Source: Enterobacter phage phiEap-3
Sequence record: KT321315.1
DNA length: 64,000 nucleotides
Reading direction: 5' to 3' (one strand)
The translations under genes were made by a program, and so were the position numbers. Shown piece by piece: positions 35,848-44,160 of the stretch (the stretch's first letter is position 1; each line of letters opens with the position of its first letter). A model generated the notes under the pieces. It ran no database searches. It saw nothing but the letters and a program-made list of their open reading frames with translations, and was not told the DNA's origin.

Positions 35848-38064
35848 TTAGAGTTTGACTTCTTTTTCTTCCAGAACGATTGTGCAATCAAATTTCACAT
35901 CTTTCCAGAATTCCGCTGCAACGATATCTGTTGCGGTAACGCTTACGCTGGTTTCTTCGAAATCCAGATCCGCAAACCATGCGTGTCCGACTACAATACC
36001 GTACATTACACGACTCAGGCGATTATTAAGGGCGCGAACCTCTTTAATAGTTTCCTTTGTCTGCTTATCAAGATACTCGATCAGGTCATTCTTGTCAAGC
36101 GCTTCGATCTCTTTAGATACGGTATCGTAAGCCCACAGAATGATCAGGTCACCATTGTTGAGTTTCTTTTTACCTTCGGCGCGTTTTGCAACGGTAGCAG
36201 CAACAGCCGGAAGTGATGAAACGCCTTTGATCTTCACGTTCAGTTCTTTCGACATGTAAACATCAGTCGATTCTGTGCGCTCAACCTTCGGAGAGAAGCC
36301 GTAATCACGGATCCCTTGCTCAGACAACCATTCACCAGCCGCCTCGCCAAAACGCTGTTTAAGCCCTTCTGCGTTGCGTAAACCAATCGCGTTATCACGG
36401 AAGAACTTCATTACTTTCTGACGGCCTTTCAGGATTTCCAGACGGACGTTATCAGCAACAAATTCCTTACCAGAAATACCGCGAGTCATCGAACGGTTAA
36501 CCAGAGGCAGAGAGGTAAAGTCAACCAGTACGGACATACGGTCTTCACCAATTTTAGCCAGCGGTTTGATAGTCAGACCAGAAGCACGTAAGTTTTTCAG
36601 AGTCGGAATATCGGTTTCCAGCGGAAGTACCTTAACGTTCACGATACCATCTTTAACAATGGTAAAGTTACGCACTTGTTTGGTTTCTACTTTTTCCGGC
36701 AATCCAAACTCTTTTTGTTTGCTTTCCGGAATAGTTACGTAACCTTGCAGATCCGTATTGATGGAAATGTTCGGACGGGAACTGTTACCCACCAGGTGTT
36801 TCACTGCAACTTTCGTTGTGGTTTGGGTAAATTCCGGTTTCCATACTTCGTGCGCTACCAGTTGAGCCGCCAGTGCTTTTCGTTCTTCCGGAGTAGAAGC
36901 ATTTGCAATCTGTTCTGACAGTTTATCCAGTGTATCATCATCTTTCTGGACAGTCTGACGGCCTGTACGATTGTACGCCCAGTGTTCAGAAGACAGGTCG
37001 ATCACTGTGTCGGTTTCTGCCAGCAGTTCGAGAGCATCAACCAGAGTAAACGCGTTTTCATCAGGAACCATGTTGTAATCAACACCATCCATCAGACGTT
37101 TAGCCGGATCAACAACCGCTTCGGAGATCATATCTTTAGCGTTTGAATAATCCTGTTTGGTAAAGCAGTTATCGTATGCTTTAATCAGACGCACATCACC
37201 CAGCTTTTTCAGAACTTTCCATGCCAGATCTGGATTCATGGTATGAAGCGCATGATACAGAACCACATACAGAACCTGTTCACCTTCTGCTGTTGCCGGA
37301 TCGAAGCCGTCAACGTCATTGATCGCGTTTTCACCCAGCGCCCAAATGTTTTTGATATGTTCCGGAACCAGAACAACACCATTTGCAGCATTCAGGACGT
37401 ACACACGGCCTTCATCCAGGTAGATCGCATGGGTTGCATCGCCAACTTTGACTTCAACACGTGCTGAGGTTTGCGCGGTAATGATTTCATCAAATGCAGG
37501 TACATACGCATCAAACCCTTCAACGAATTTGTGTAATGCGTTGGTTGCTTCCGCCATTTTTTCCAGCAGAGGACGGTTTACATAATAACCATATTCCAGG
37601 AAAGCAATGTTGTTAAACGTCAACGGCAGAGTAGAACACGCTTTCAGGATATCATCAGTACGCCAGCAGTTATCATAACCATCAGTCAGGAAGATCAGAC
37701 TGTTCAGATTGCCATTATCCGCTTGCAGATCGGTAGCGACTTCAACCGCCAGTTGCAGAGGTTCAACGAAGCCAGTACATCCGGTCGGACGCAGATAACG
37801 ATCGATAGCATCATTGATTTTGCTCAGGTCGGATACAGAGCTAACCTTTTCGCCCACGAATACAGAACCGAACTGACCACGGCTGGAGAAATACAGAATA
37901 GATACGGTATCATCCTGTTTAACCAGCGTTGCCAGGTTGTTTTTCAGGTGCTGACGAATGCGCGGGAGTTCGTTATACATCGATCCGGATACGTCACAAA
38001 CAAAAACGTGGTTAGTCGGGGTTGGTTTGGCTACGGCGTTTTTGAATTCAATGTTAGTGATCAT
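35848..38064 (-). CDS. large von Willebrand factor A (vWA, MIDAS motif) domain protein
   Basis: N-terminal VFVCDVSGSM (DxSxS), downstream Thr and LTDGYDN (MIDAS Asp); 738 aa with an unassigned ~550-aa C-terminal region. Confidence 0.7.
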   Translation of the reverse strand: MITNIEFKNAVAKPTPTNHVFVCDVSGSMYNELPRIRQHLKNNLATLVKQDDTVSILYFSSRGQFGSVFVGEKVSSVSDLSKINDAIDRYLRPTGCTGFVEPLQLAVEVATDLQADNGNLNSLIFLTDGYDNCWRTDDILKACSTLPLTFNNIAFLEYGYYVNRPLLEKMAEATNALHKFVEGFDAYVPAFDEIITAQTSARVEVKVGDATHAIYLDEGRVYVLNAANGVVLVPEHIKNIWALGENAINDVDGFDPATAEGEQVLYVVLYHALHTMNPDLAWKVLKKLGDVRLIKAYDNCFTKQDYSNAKDMISEAVVDPAKRLMDGVDYNMVPDENAFTLVDALELLAETDTVIDLSSEHWAYNRTGRQTVQKDDDTLDKLSEQIANASTPEERKALAAQLVAHEVWKPEFTQTTTKVAVKHLVGNSSRPNISINTDLQGYVTIPESKQKEFGLPEKVETKQVRNFTIVKDGIVNVKVLPLETDIPTLKNLRASGLTIKPLAKIGEDRMSVLVDFTSLPLVNRSMTRGISGKEFVADNVRLEILKGRQKVMKFFRDNAIGLRNAEGLKQRFGEAAGEWLSEQGIRDYGFSPKVERTESTDVYMSKELNVKIKGVSSLPAVAATVAKRAEGKKKLNNGDLIILWAYDTVSKEIEALDKNDLIEYLDKQTKETIKEVRALNNRLSRVMYGIVVGHAWFADLDFEETSVSVTATDIVAAEFWKDVKFDCTIVLEEKEVKL

Positions 38065-38071
38065 AATTTTC

Positions 38072-38392
38072 TCATTTATAGGTAAATTTGATTAAAATTT
38101 CGTTTACTTTTTTGCTAATAATATCTAATGCATCATCGCATCCAAACTTACTACTCAACAATGAAACAAAATCATCCATCGTTGTTGTTTGAGACTCGCC
38201 AACGTCAAAAGACAGAGCGTAGGCAACAGGATTTTTAATCCTTACGATTTGAATAGTATACTCATTCAGGTCAAACCGTTCAAGATATTTTCGCAAAGAA
38301 AATAAATCAATCGGTACTGGTAGAGTTTGACTAAACGTTATTTCTTCCCCCAGTTGATAGGGGGGCATTTTTACACAGATTTCGTATTCCAT
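38072..38392 (-). CDS. hypothetical protein
   Basis: ORF. Confidence 0.45.
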   Translation of the reverse strand: MEYEICVKMPPYQLGEEITFSQTLPVPIDLFSLRKYLERFDLNEYTIQIVRIKNPVAYALSFDVGESQTTTMDDFVSLLSSKFGCDDALDIISKKVNEILIKFTYK

Positions 38393-38907
38393 CAGTGATG
38401 ACTCGTCATAGTGTGTTCCAGGTTACGGAAAATTTGCCCGTGTTCAAGCTGGGATTGAAATTCTCCGCATTCATCAGAGTAAGTAAATTCATAAATGAAT
38501 ACACCGTTCTGATTGCCAAATTTAGCGTTGTACTCTTCATACAGCCACATCTTGATCAGAGCGTCTTTCTCTTCTGTTTCCAGATCATACCAGTCACGCC
38601 CATCATAAGCAAGTGCAATTTGAGGATTAGACCGATATCGAGTTTCGGCGTTATCTTCGGTTTCCCATTCATAACGCTTATCATCATAGTATGATTCGAA
38701 ACCATCACCCATATGACCGCCCAGGTCGCGGTGTACTTGCTGTACAACTTCTTCCGCTGTCGGGCAAGTCATCCAGCTATAACCACAGTTAGGAACACAA
38801 TCACCCATCATTTCGCGGAGATTGTTGATATCAGTCGGATCCTTCGGGAACCGTACAATAAAGCTACTTGATGAACTATTGCTCACAAAACCAGAACGGA
38901 TTTTCAT
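38392..38907 (-). CDS. hypothetical protein, MKIRSGFVSNSSSSSF-leader family, paralog 2
   Basis: Same N-terminal 17 aa as the 34539..35009 gene; the rest is unrelated and Cys/Trp-rich. Confidence 0.5.
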   Translation of the reverse strand: MKIRSGFVSNSSSSSFIVRFPKDPTDINNLREMMGDCVPNCGYSWMTCPTAEEVVQQVHRDLGGHMGDGFESYYDDKRYEWETEDNAETRYRSNPQIALAYDGRDWYDLETEEKDALIKMWLYEEYNAKFGNQNGVFIYEFTYSDECGEFQSQLEHGQIFRNLEHTMTSHH

Positions 38908-39146
38908 TTGATTTCCTCAAATTCAAAAGCGGTGAAATGTTTTCTTTCGTCATACCCAACAGTACAACGATGCGTTTGCTTTCCGGTAAACCCGTCAAAC
39001 ACAGTTACACAATAGTAATGCAACGACGGAAGCGGTGTATGTTTAATGTATTTGATCGCGACGTTCAGGTCAACAGTAGAACATACACAATCAGACGTTT
39101 GCTCAAAACGGTCATCAAAAATCAACTCAATACTATAGATGTTCAT
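38904..39146 (-). CDS. hypothetical protein
   Basis: Internal ATG of the track ORF, ATGA-coupled. Confidence 0.4.
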   Translation of the reverse strand: MNIYSIELIFDDRFEQTSDCVCSTVDLNVAIKYIKHTPLPSLHYYCVTVFDGFTGKQTHRCTVGYDERKHFTAFEFEEIK

Positions 39147-39382
39147 GATTTTCCCTTTGTTTCTGATTTCAGGACGATATTGCTGTAAGGATCTTTTGCT
39201 ACCAGTTCCCACAGATCGCCGGGATGTTCCCCGCTACGATATACGGATGAACGAACGATTTCGTTAAACTTGCTTAGGGCTTCGTCGATATCGTCATACC
39301 CACGTTTGAGGGGCTTACGATTGTGACGAATGAAAAACATTTCTTTGGTTTTCTCCCAACGTTCAGCATTTTTAACCTTCAT
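39143..39382 (-). CDS. hypothetical protein
   Basis: ORF. Confidence 0.4.
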   Translation of the reverse strand: MKVKNAERWEKTKEMFFIRHNRKPLKRGYDDIDEALSKFNEIVRSSVYRSGEHPGDLWELVAKDPYSNIVLKSETKGKS

Positions 39383-39656
39383 CTTTCACTTCCTTCATGT
39401 TTTTCATAACTTCTTCAAAAGTTACGGGAATTTCGTTGTACTGTTGAGATTCATCATCCCATACATCGCGATGCCCGAATGTTGAACTTTTTGCAATGAG
39501 TTTTTCATTTTCCCATACATCAATAGTAACATGATCACCAAGATAAGGGAAATTAGGAACTTTATTCAGCGCATCAACGCAGTTTTGCAATGATTCAGAA
39601 ACATGGGCAATTTCAGTGAATTCATAATCAGCACTATAAGAAGCTACGTAAATCAT
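39372..39656 (-). CDS. hypothetical protein
   Basis: ATG at 39656 (the track start is a GTG). Confidence 0.4.
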   Translation of the reverse strand: MIYVASYSADYEFTEIAHVSESLQNCVDALNKVPNFPYLGDHVTIDVWENEKLIAKSSTFGHRDVWDDESQQYNEIPVTFEEVMKNMKEVKDEG

Positions 39657-39823
39657 CACCACCCCCTAACGATGCTAACCAGCAGTAAACCCAGGATCCA
39701 GAACACAGCAACCGCACAAATACGGGCCATTACTACATTTCCGCGACTAGTCCACTCCGCACTAAGAAACAAGAGGACAAACGTTAACGCGTATAAAACC
39801 ATTTCAATAACTTCGGTAATCAT
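39656..39823 (-). CDS. hypothetical small membrane protein (55 aa)
   Basis: Hydrophobic 2-TM ORF, stop overlapping the next ATG; below the track cutoff. Confidence 0.3.
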   Translation of the reverse strand: MITEVIEMVLYALTFVLLFLSAEWTSRGNVVMARICAVAVFWILGLLLVSIVRGW

Positions 39824-39835
39824 ATAAACCTCACG

Positions 39836-39854
39836 AAAAAGCCCCTTTCGGGGC
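39836..39854 (-). terminator. terminator hairpin AAAAGCCCCTTTCGGGGCT (identical copy at 55209)
   Basis: GC-rich stem with a TTTC loop flanked by an A/T run. Confidence 0.55.
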
Positions 39855-39862
39855 TTGATTAA

Positions 39863-40141
39863 TCAATGTCCGAACACACCACGAATAGACTCTGCGAATG
39901 CATACAGTTCAGGATTTTTAGCTTTCACTGTTTCGATTTGCTCCAGAATGTAATCTGGTTTGTATTTCGCACCGAACCAGCAGTAAGAGAAAGAGCGATC
40001 CCACATGAACACGTTATAGTATTCACCGTTGCGAACTTCAACCATCACATAACCAGGATTAGAACCCAGCGGATAATCTTTCAGAAGATTGAATTTCGCG
40101 CCAGCACCAGTACATCCGTTAAACAGGTCATTAAAAGTCAT
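39863..40141 (-). CDS. hypothetical protein
   Basis: ORF. Confidence 0.45.
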   Translation of the reverse strand: MTFNDLFNGCTGAGAKFNLLKDYPLGSNPGYVMVEVRNGEYYNVFMWDRSFSYCWFGAKYKPDYILEQIETVKAKNPELYAFAESIRGVFGH

Positions 40142-40199
40142 GGTATGTTCCTTTTGTCAGTTTCGTTTCAACAAGGTCACTATACTATTCTTCTTTAGC

Positions 40200-41111
40200 C
40201 TATGCAAGCGCTTTTTTGATTTGTTTTGCAATTGCTTCGATCACCGGAACAGATACAGAGTTACCCGCTTGTTTGTACGCCTGTGTTTTGCTCTTATGCA
40301 TCTTGAATGAATCCGGAAATCCTTGCAACCGGAAACACTCGCGAGGTGATAACATTCGAGGGTTCTTACCTTCCTGCAATACCAGACATTGAACACCATC
40401 CTTATAGTATTGGGCTGTTATCGTCCCAGTACACACAGAATCAACTGTAACGGCCTGATAGCCAAACCCCTTACCGTTTGCCTTGTTTCGTTCTTTACGC
40501 TCTCTAAAGCCCTTCCAGGCACGATCTGATATGGTGTATTGATCATTATCCGGTTCGAGAATGTCGCCTACCCTTGTTGGGGTACGTGGAGGAATAGGAA
40601 AACTAAAGAACACCGGATCGCGAAAGCAGACAATAAACACACGCTCTCTTCGTTGAGGCAATCCAAAATCTTTTGTATTCATTACCTGATAATGGATATC
40701 GTATCCTTCGTCCTGTAACAGCCTGTAGATGGTTTTAAACGTGTTTCCCTTGTCATGAGTTAATAGCTGGGGAACATTCTCAAAGAACAGCACAGAGGGC
40801 TTTTTAGCCCGTATAATGCGGAGTATTTCAAAGATGATAGTACCGCGAGGATCTAACATGCCCTGTTTTAACCCTGCTTTACTAAACGCCTGACAAGGAA
40901 ACCCCGCCAACAGGATATCGTGATCAGGCACATCGTTTTCATCAATGGCGAATATATCACCCTGAATATTTTCATCGCCCCAGTTATCAGCATATGTTTG
41001 TTGTGCATGTTTATCGATTTCAGACGTTAAAAGGCATTCGACCCCGCCGAATGCCTTATCGAAACCGAGCCTCACGCCACCAACACCAGCGCAAAGGTCA
41101 ATTATTTTCAT
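40200..41111 (-). CDS. DNA (cytosine-5)-methyltransferase
   Basis: Motif I DLCAGVGG, motif IV GFPCQAFS, motif VI FFENVPQL, QRRERV; 303 aa. Confidence 0.85.
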   Translation of the reverse strand: MKIIDLCAGVGGVRLGFDKAFGGVECLLTSEIDKHAQQTYADNWGDENIQGDIFAIDENDVPDHDILLAGFPCQAFSKAGLKQGMLDPRGTIIFEILRIIRAKKPSVLFFENVPQLLTHDKGNTFKTIYRLLQDEGYDIHYQVMNTKDFGLPQRRERVFIVCFRDPVFFSFPIPPRTPTRVGDILEPDNDQYTISDRAWKGFRERKERNKANGKGFGYQAVTVDSVCTGTITAQYYKDGVQCLVLQEGKNPRMLSPRECFRLQGFPDSFKMHKSKTQAYKQAGNSVSVPVIEAIAKQIKKALA

Positions 41112-41377
41112 ACGTCGAAATCAACCTCATCGATTTTGTATGATTCTTCGCCAATATCAGCCCATAGCTGAATATTCACGCTTTTTGCATCACGATAAAG
41201 AGATTGACCGCAAAGCCCACCTGTATAACAAGTTTCTGTAATCTCGTTAACTTCCAGGCGGAGGCTATCGCGCATAATTTTAACAACAGCCTGTTCCAGT
41301 GTAACCGCGTCTGGGTTTTTGGTATCACCCAATACTACATCTTTAACGTTCAAAATAACATCACTCATTATCGCCAC
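41108..41377 (-). CDS. hypothetical protein
   Basis: ATGA-coupled ORF. Confidence 0.4.
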   Translation of the reverse strand: MAIMSDVILNVKDVVLGDTKNPDAVTLEQAVVKIMRDSLRLEVNEITETCYTGGLCGQSLYRDAKSVNIQLWADIGEESYKIDEVDFDV

Positions 41378-41613
41378 TCCGTTTCAATTCCGTGTTTGTA
41401 TGCGTCAACGCCCAGAGGGGTGATCACTAAACACATATCAGTATTTTTCGTTGGTGAACTAAACGCCATTGATGCGTAACCTTTTTGAATCAGGGAATCA
41501 CGCCCTGATTTACTGGGAACATCGTTGAAATCTAAATCCAACATTTTTGACGAGTATCCGTAAAGTTTACACAAAACATCAATCTCAGCGCCGGATAATT
41601 TCGGATATGTCAT
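41368..41613 (-). CDS. hypothetical protein
   Basis: Overlapping ORF. Confidence 0.4.
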   Translation of the reverse strand: MTYPKLSGAEIDVLCKLYGYSSKMLDLDFNDVPSKSGRDSLIQKGYASMAFSSPTKNTDMCLVITPLGVDAYKHGIETEWR

Positions 41614-42617
41614 TTGTAATACCTCACAACATGTTCAGAATACACACGTTCAATGAAATCATTCCAGAAATCGCGATCAACTTCTTTCGGATAACCAGAT
41701 ACAGCCGCCAGCTTTTCAACTTCACACATCGTTGATTCTAGCGCCTCTTGTACGGTTGCGAAAGGAACACCGCCAGCTTTAACCATTTTCAAAAATGCGC
41801 TGTCCGGAAGAGGATACACAATATCACCTTCTTTGAAAATCTGGATCAATTGCATACCACCGCGCAAAGCATGAGAAAGAGCTTTCCAGTCGATCCCGTT
41901 GTTGGCTTCTGCTTGCCGTGCGCGTTCCCCGTATTCATCCCAGAGTTTATACACGGATTTCTTCATTTCCGCTACGGTGATCGTAGACTGGAATTTACGC
42001 CCCAGAACTTCATAAAATTCCTGACAACCTGATTTCATTGTTTTGTCTGTAACGAATCGACAAAACTCGTTGGTCGGGAATCGGTTAGAAATCTCACCAA
42101 CTTTGATGCGCTTGCCGTAGTTAGATTCATCCACGTTACCCAGCAATGATGTACCATACCAGCAATCAGGAATCGTCTGTAACACATCGACAACTTCACG
42201 CAGTGCAGCCAGGCGAGAGCCTTTAACGCCATACTTCGCCGCTTGCTTACGAACATAACCAAACAGGCCAGTGAGTTCCGTAGTGTAGAAGCGTGAACGG
42301 TTAGCGCGGAGATATTGCCAGATATCAGAGTTAGCGATCAGTTTGCTATCATCTGCATGAAGCATATCAATCGCCACGGTGTCACCATCACATGCGAGGC
42401 TGATAAACTTTTGCAGACTGTAAATCTGACGATCTACGTCATTAACACCGTTCTTTGAGTTTTTATCGCCAGTTGATGTATCAATAGACTTCTTCGCAGT
42501 GCCTAACAGGATTTCGCGAGGATGAGGGAGATAGATCCCTTTGTAGTCTTTATCGCTTGTTGGTGTTTCCAGTCCGTACAGGTGAGAACCGAATACGGTT
42601 TCCATAATCATTTTCAT
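41610..42617 (-). CDS. pol-beta superfamily nucleotidyltransferase (Cid1/OAS/CD-NTase-like GS...D.D motif)
   Basis: VFGSHLYGLETPTSDKDYKGIY matches hG[GS]x9-13[DE]h[DE]h; a further acidic pair (AIDMLHADD) lies downstream; 335 aa. Confidence 0.6.
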   Translation of the reverse strand: MKMIMETVFGSHLYGLETPTSDKDYKGIYLPHPREILLGTAKKSIDTSTGDKNSKNGVNDVDRQIYSLQKFISLACDGDTVAIDMLHADDSKLIANSDIWQYLRANRSRFYTTELTGLFGYVRKQAAKYGVKGSRLAALREVVDVLQTIPDCWYGTSLLGNVDESNYGKRIKVGEISNRFPTNEFCRFVTDKTMKSGCQEFYEVLGRKFQSTITVAEMKKSVYKLWDEYGERARQAEANNGIDWKALSHALRGGMQLIQIFKEGDIVYPLPDSAFLKMVKAGGVPFATVQEALESTMCEVEKLAAVSGYPKEVDRDFWNDFIERVYSEHVVRYYK

Positions 42618-42994
42618 CAGAATTCAACCTTTAATGTTTTTGCGATCCCGCGCAATTCAGCGGTAGTAATATCCGGAATGTTTGTTCCGTAGCTATTCCC
42701 AAATACTTTTTTAATCTTATCACACAAATCGCGGCGATACACCATTTCTTTGTATTCTTCTTCGCTACGATACAGTTGATAACCCATCCACCCCTCAGCC
42801 CATCCGGAATTGCGCTTGATTTTAATATTAGTACAACAATCAGACCCATCTTCCGGTCGGAAAGATGCATACAGGTACTGACGCGCAACTTTTTGTACGT
42901 AAAGGGTTTTGGGGTTGCGATTTTGTCGCTGGTCACTACGGATCCCAGCATCATACAACGTATCACCAACTTTCACATCACTTAAATCAATCAT
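42617..42994 (-). CDS. hypothetical protein (VKVGD motif)
   Basis: ORF coupled to the NTase gene. Confidence 0.4.
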   Translation of the reverse strand: MIDLSDVKVGDTLYDAGIRSDQRQNRNPKTLYVQKVARQYLYASFRPEDGSDCCTNIKIKRNSGWAEGWMGYQLYRSEEEYKEMVYRRDLCDKIKKVFGNSYGTNIPDITTAELRGIAKTLKVEF

Positions 42995-43218
42995 TTACGT
43001 CTCCAGCAATTAGTTTTTTCACAGTAATGAACGGGAACAGGCACACCCAACGTTTCTTTACTGCTTCTGTTGTATGTTATCACAACGAATCGGTTTTCGC
43101 CACCCCTAACACACTCCAGATCCAAAATCTCGCGGGTTCCCTTCGTGTTAATGTCTGCAACATAATATTCTTCGTTGTTGACAATCACTATATCCGACAT
43201 GATCAAGCGAGGTTTCAT
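42991..43218 (-). CDS. hypothetical protein
   Basis: ORF. Confidence 0.4.
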   Translation of the reverse strand: MKPRLIMSDIVIVNNEEYYVADINTKGTREILDLECVRGGENRFVVITYNRSSKETLGVPVPVHYCEKTNCWRRK

Positions 43219-43826
43219 GCAGCGTACACCTCTGATTCATCGATCCATTCCAGATCCTGATTGAGTGATTCAATCAGCTTTTTATCGCGTCTGGAAATAA
43301 CAACGGTAGAACCTTTTTCTGCCTTCACGATGATATCACCAGAAGAGGTGATGTATTCAACCACATAATCACGGCGAGGGCTTCCGAGTCTATCACCAAC
43401 TTTAACAGCACGTCTAACCGATTCATGAGATTTTTCGGTGAACACTAATTCATCACCTACGTGGGTAACAATACCATCAACAGCAGAACGAGAATTAACA
43501 TAAATTTTGCTAATCTCCGCCATGAAAACACTATCTCTCAGATATCGAGCAGCCACTTTATCTAAACACTGAGAAGATACTTTATCTCCGCCAGGATATA
43601 CTGAGATAATCATTACATGACCCTGAACACGGGCGGTTCCTACTTTATGCAGAATGTAAACCATTGAACCATCAGAATCTTTAGATACAAGGATCACGCT
43701 GAAAGATTCTTTGTGTTGCTTCTGAGTTTCTCCACAGGTAAAACTCACGTCCAGAAAATCACCAACTTTAACAGCACGGGGTTTTGCTACTTGTTCACGA
43801 GCACTAATAACAGGGATCATAATCAT
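43215..43826 (-). CDS. hypothetical protein with duplicated RAVKVGD-containing domains
   Basis: Internal repeat RAVKVGDFLDVSF / RAVKVGDRLGSPR. Confidence 0.45.
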   Translation of the reverse strand: MIMIPVISAREQVAKPRAVKVGDFLDVSFTCGETQKQHKESFSVILVSKDSDGSMVYILHKVGTARVQGHVMIISVYPGGDKVSSQCLDKVAARYLRDSVFMAEISKIYVNSRSAVDGIVTHVGDELVFTEKSHESVRRAVKVGDRLGSPRRDYVVEYITSSGDIIVKAEKGSTVVISRRDKKLIESLNQDLEWIDESEVYAA

Positions 43827-44092
43827 TTCCTCACAGTTTCAAATTCTTCATCAGATTTCCAATACACGTTAAAATTACGACAATCATGTTCGGCTGTCAA
43901 CGTATATTTTTCATTTGTTTTCTCATCGGTGATAACCATAGTTTCATTATCGATTGAGTTAACACCATAAACGAAAACATTCTCACCGCGTTTGTTTAAA
44001 AACGCATCACCCTTTTCAATCAACTGCCAACAGGCAACAGGCAACCCACCTGGACAAATCGGACGGGTAACAAGACAATAGGGATGTTTCAT
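43823..44092 (-). CDS. hypothetical Cys-rich protein
   Basis: Internal ATG after the cassette. Confidence 0.4.
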   Translation of the reverse strand: MKHPYCLVTRPICPGGLPVACWQLIEKGDAFLNKRGENVFVYGVNSIDNETMVITDEKTNEKYTLTAEHDCRNFNVYWKSDEEFETVRK

Positions 44093-44148
44093 AATAAGCC
44101 TCTTTTGTTTCTGTAGGCCCAATATAGCAAAAGCCCCTGACCTAAGTC
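44093..44148 (-). repeat. terminator-plus-promoter cassette copy l
   Basis: Minus strand reads CAAAGCCCTTGACTTAGGTCAGGGGCTTTTGCTATATTGGGCCTACAGAAACAAAAGAGGCTTATTATG. Confidence 0.55.
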
Positions 44149-44160
44149 AAGGGCTTTGTT

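Noticed and set aside
35848-38064. vWA protein as a cobaltochelatase CobT or BatA-type partner of a MoxR ATPase
   Set aside because: The vWA domain is N-terminal, CobT's is C-terminal, and no AAA+ gene is in the neighbourhood.
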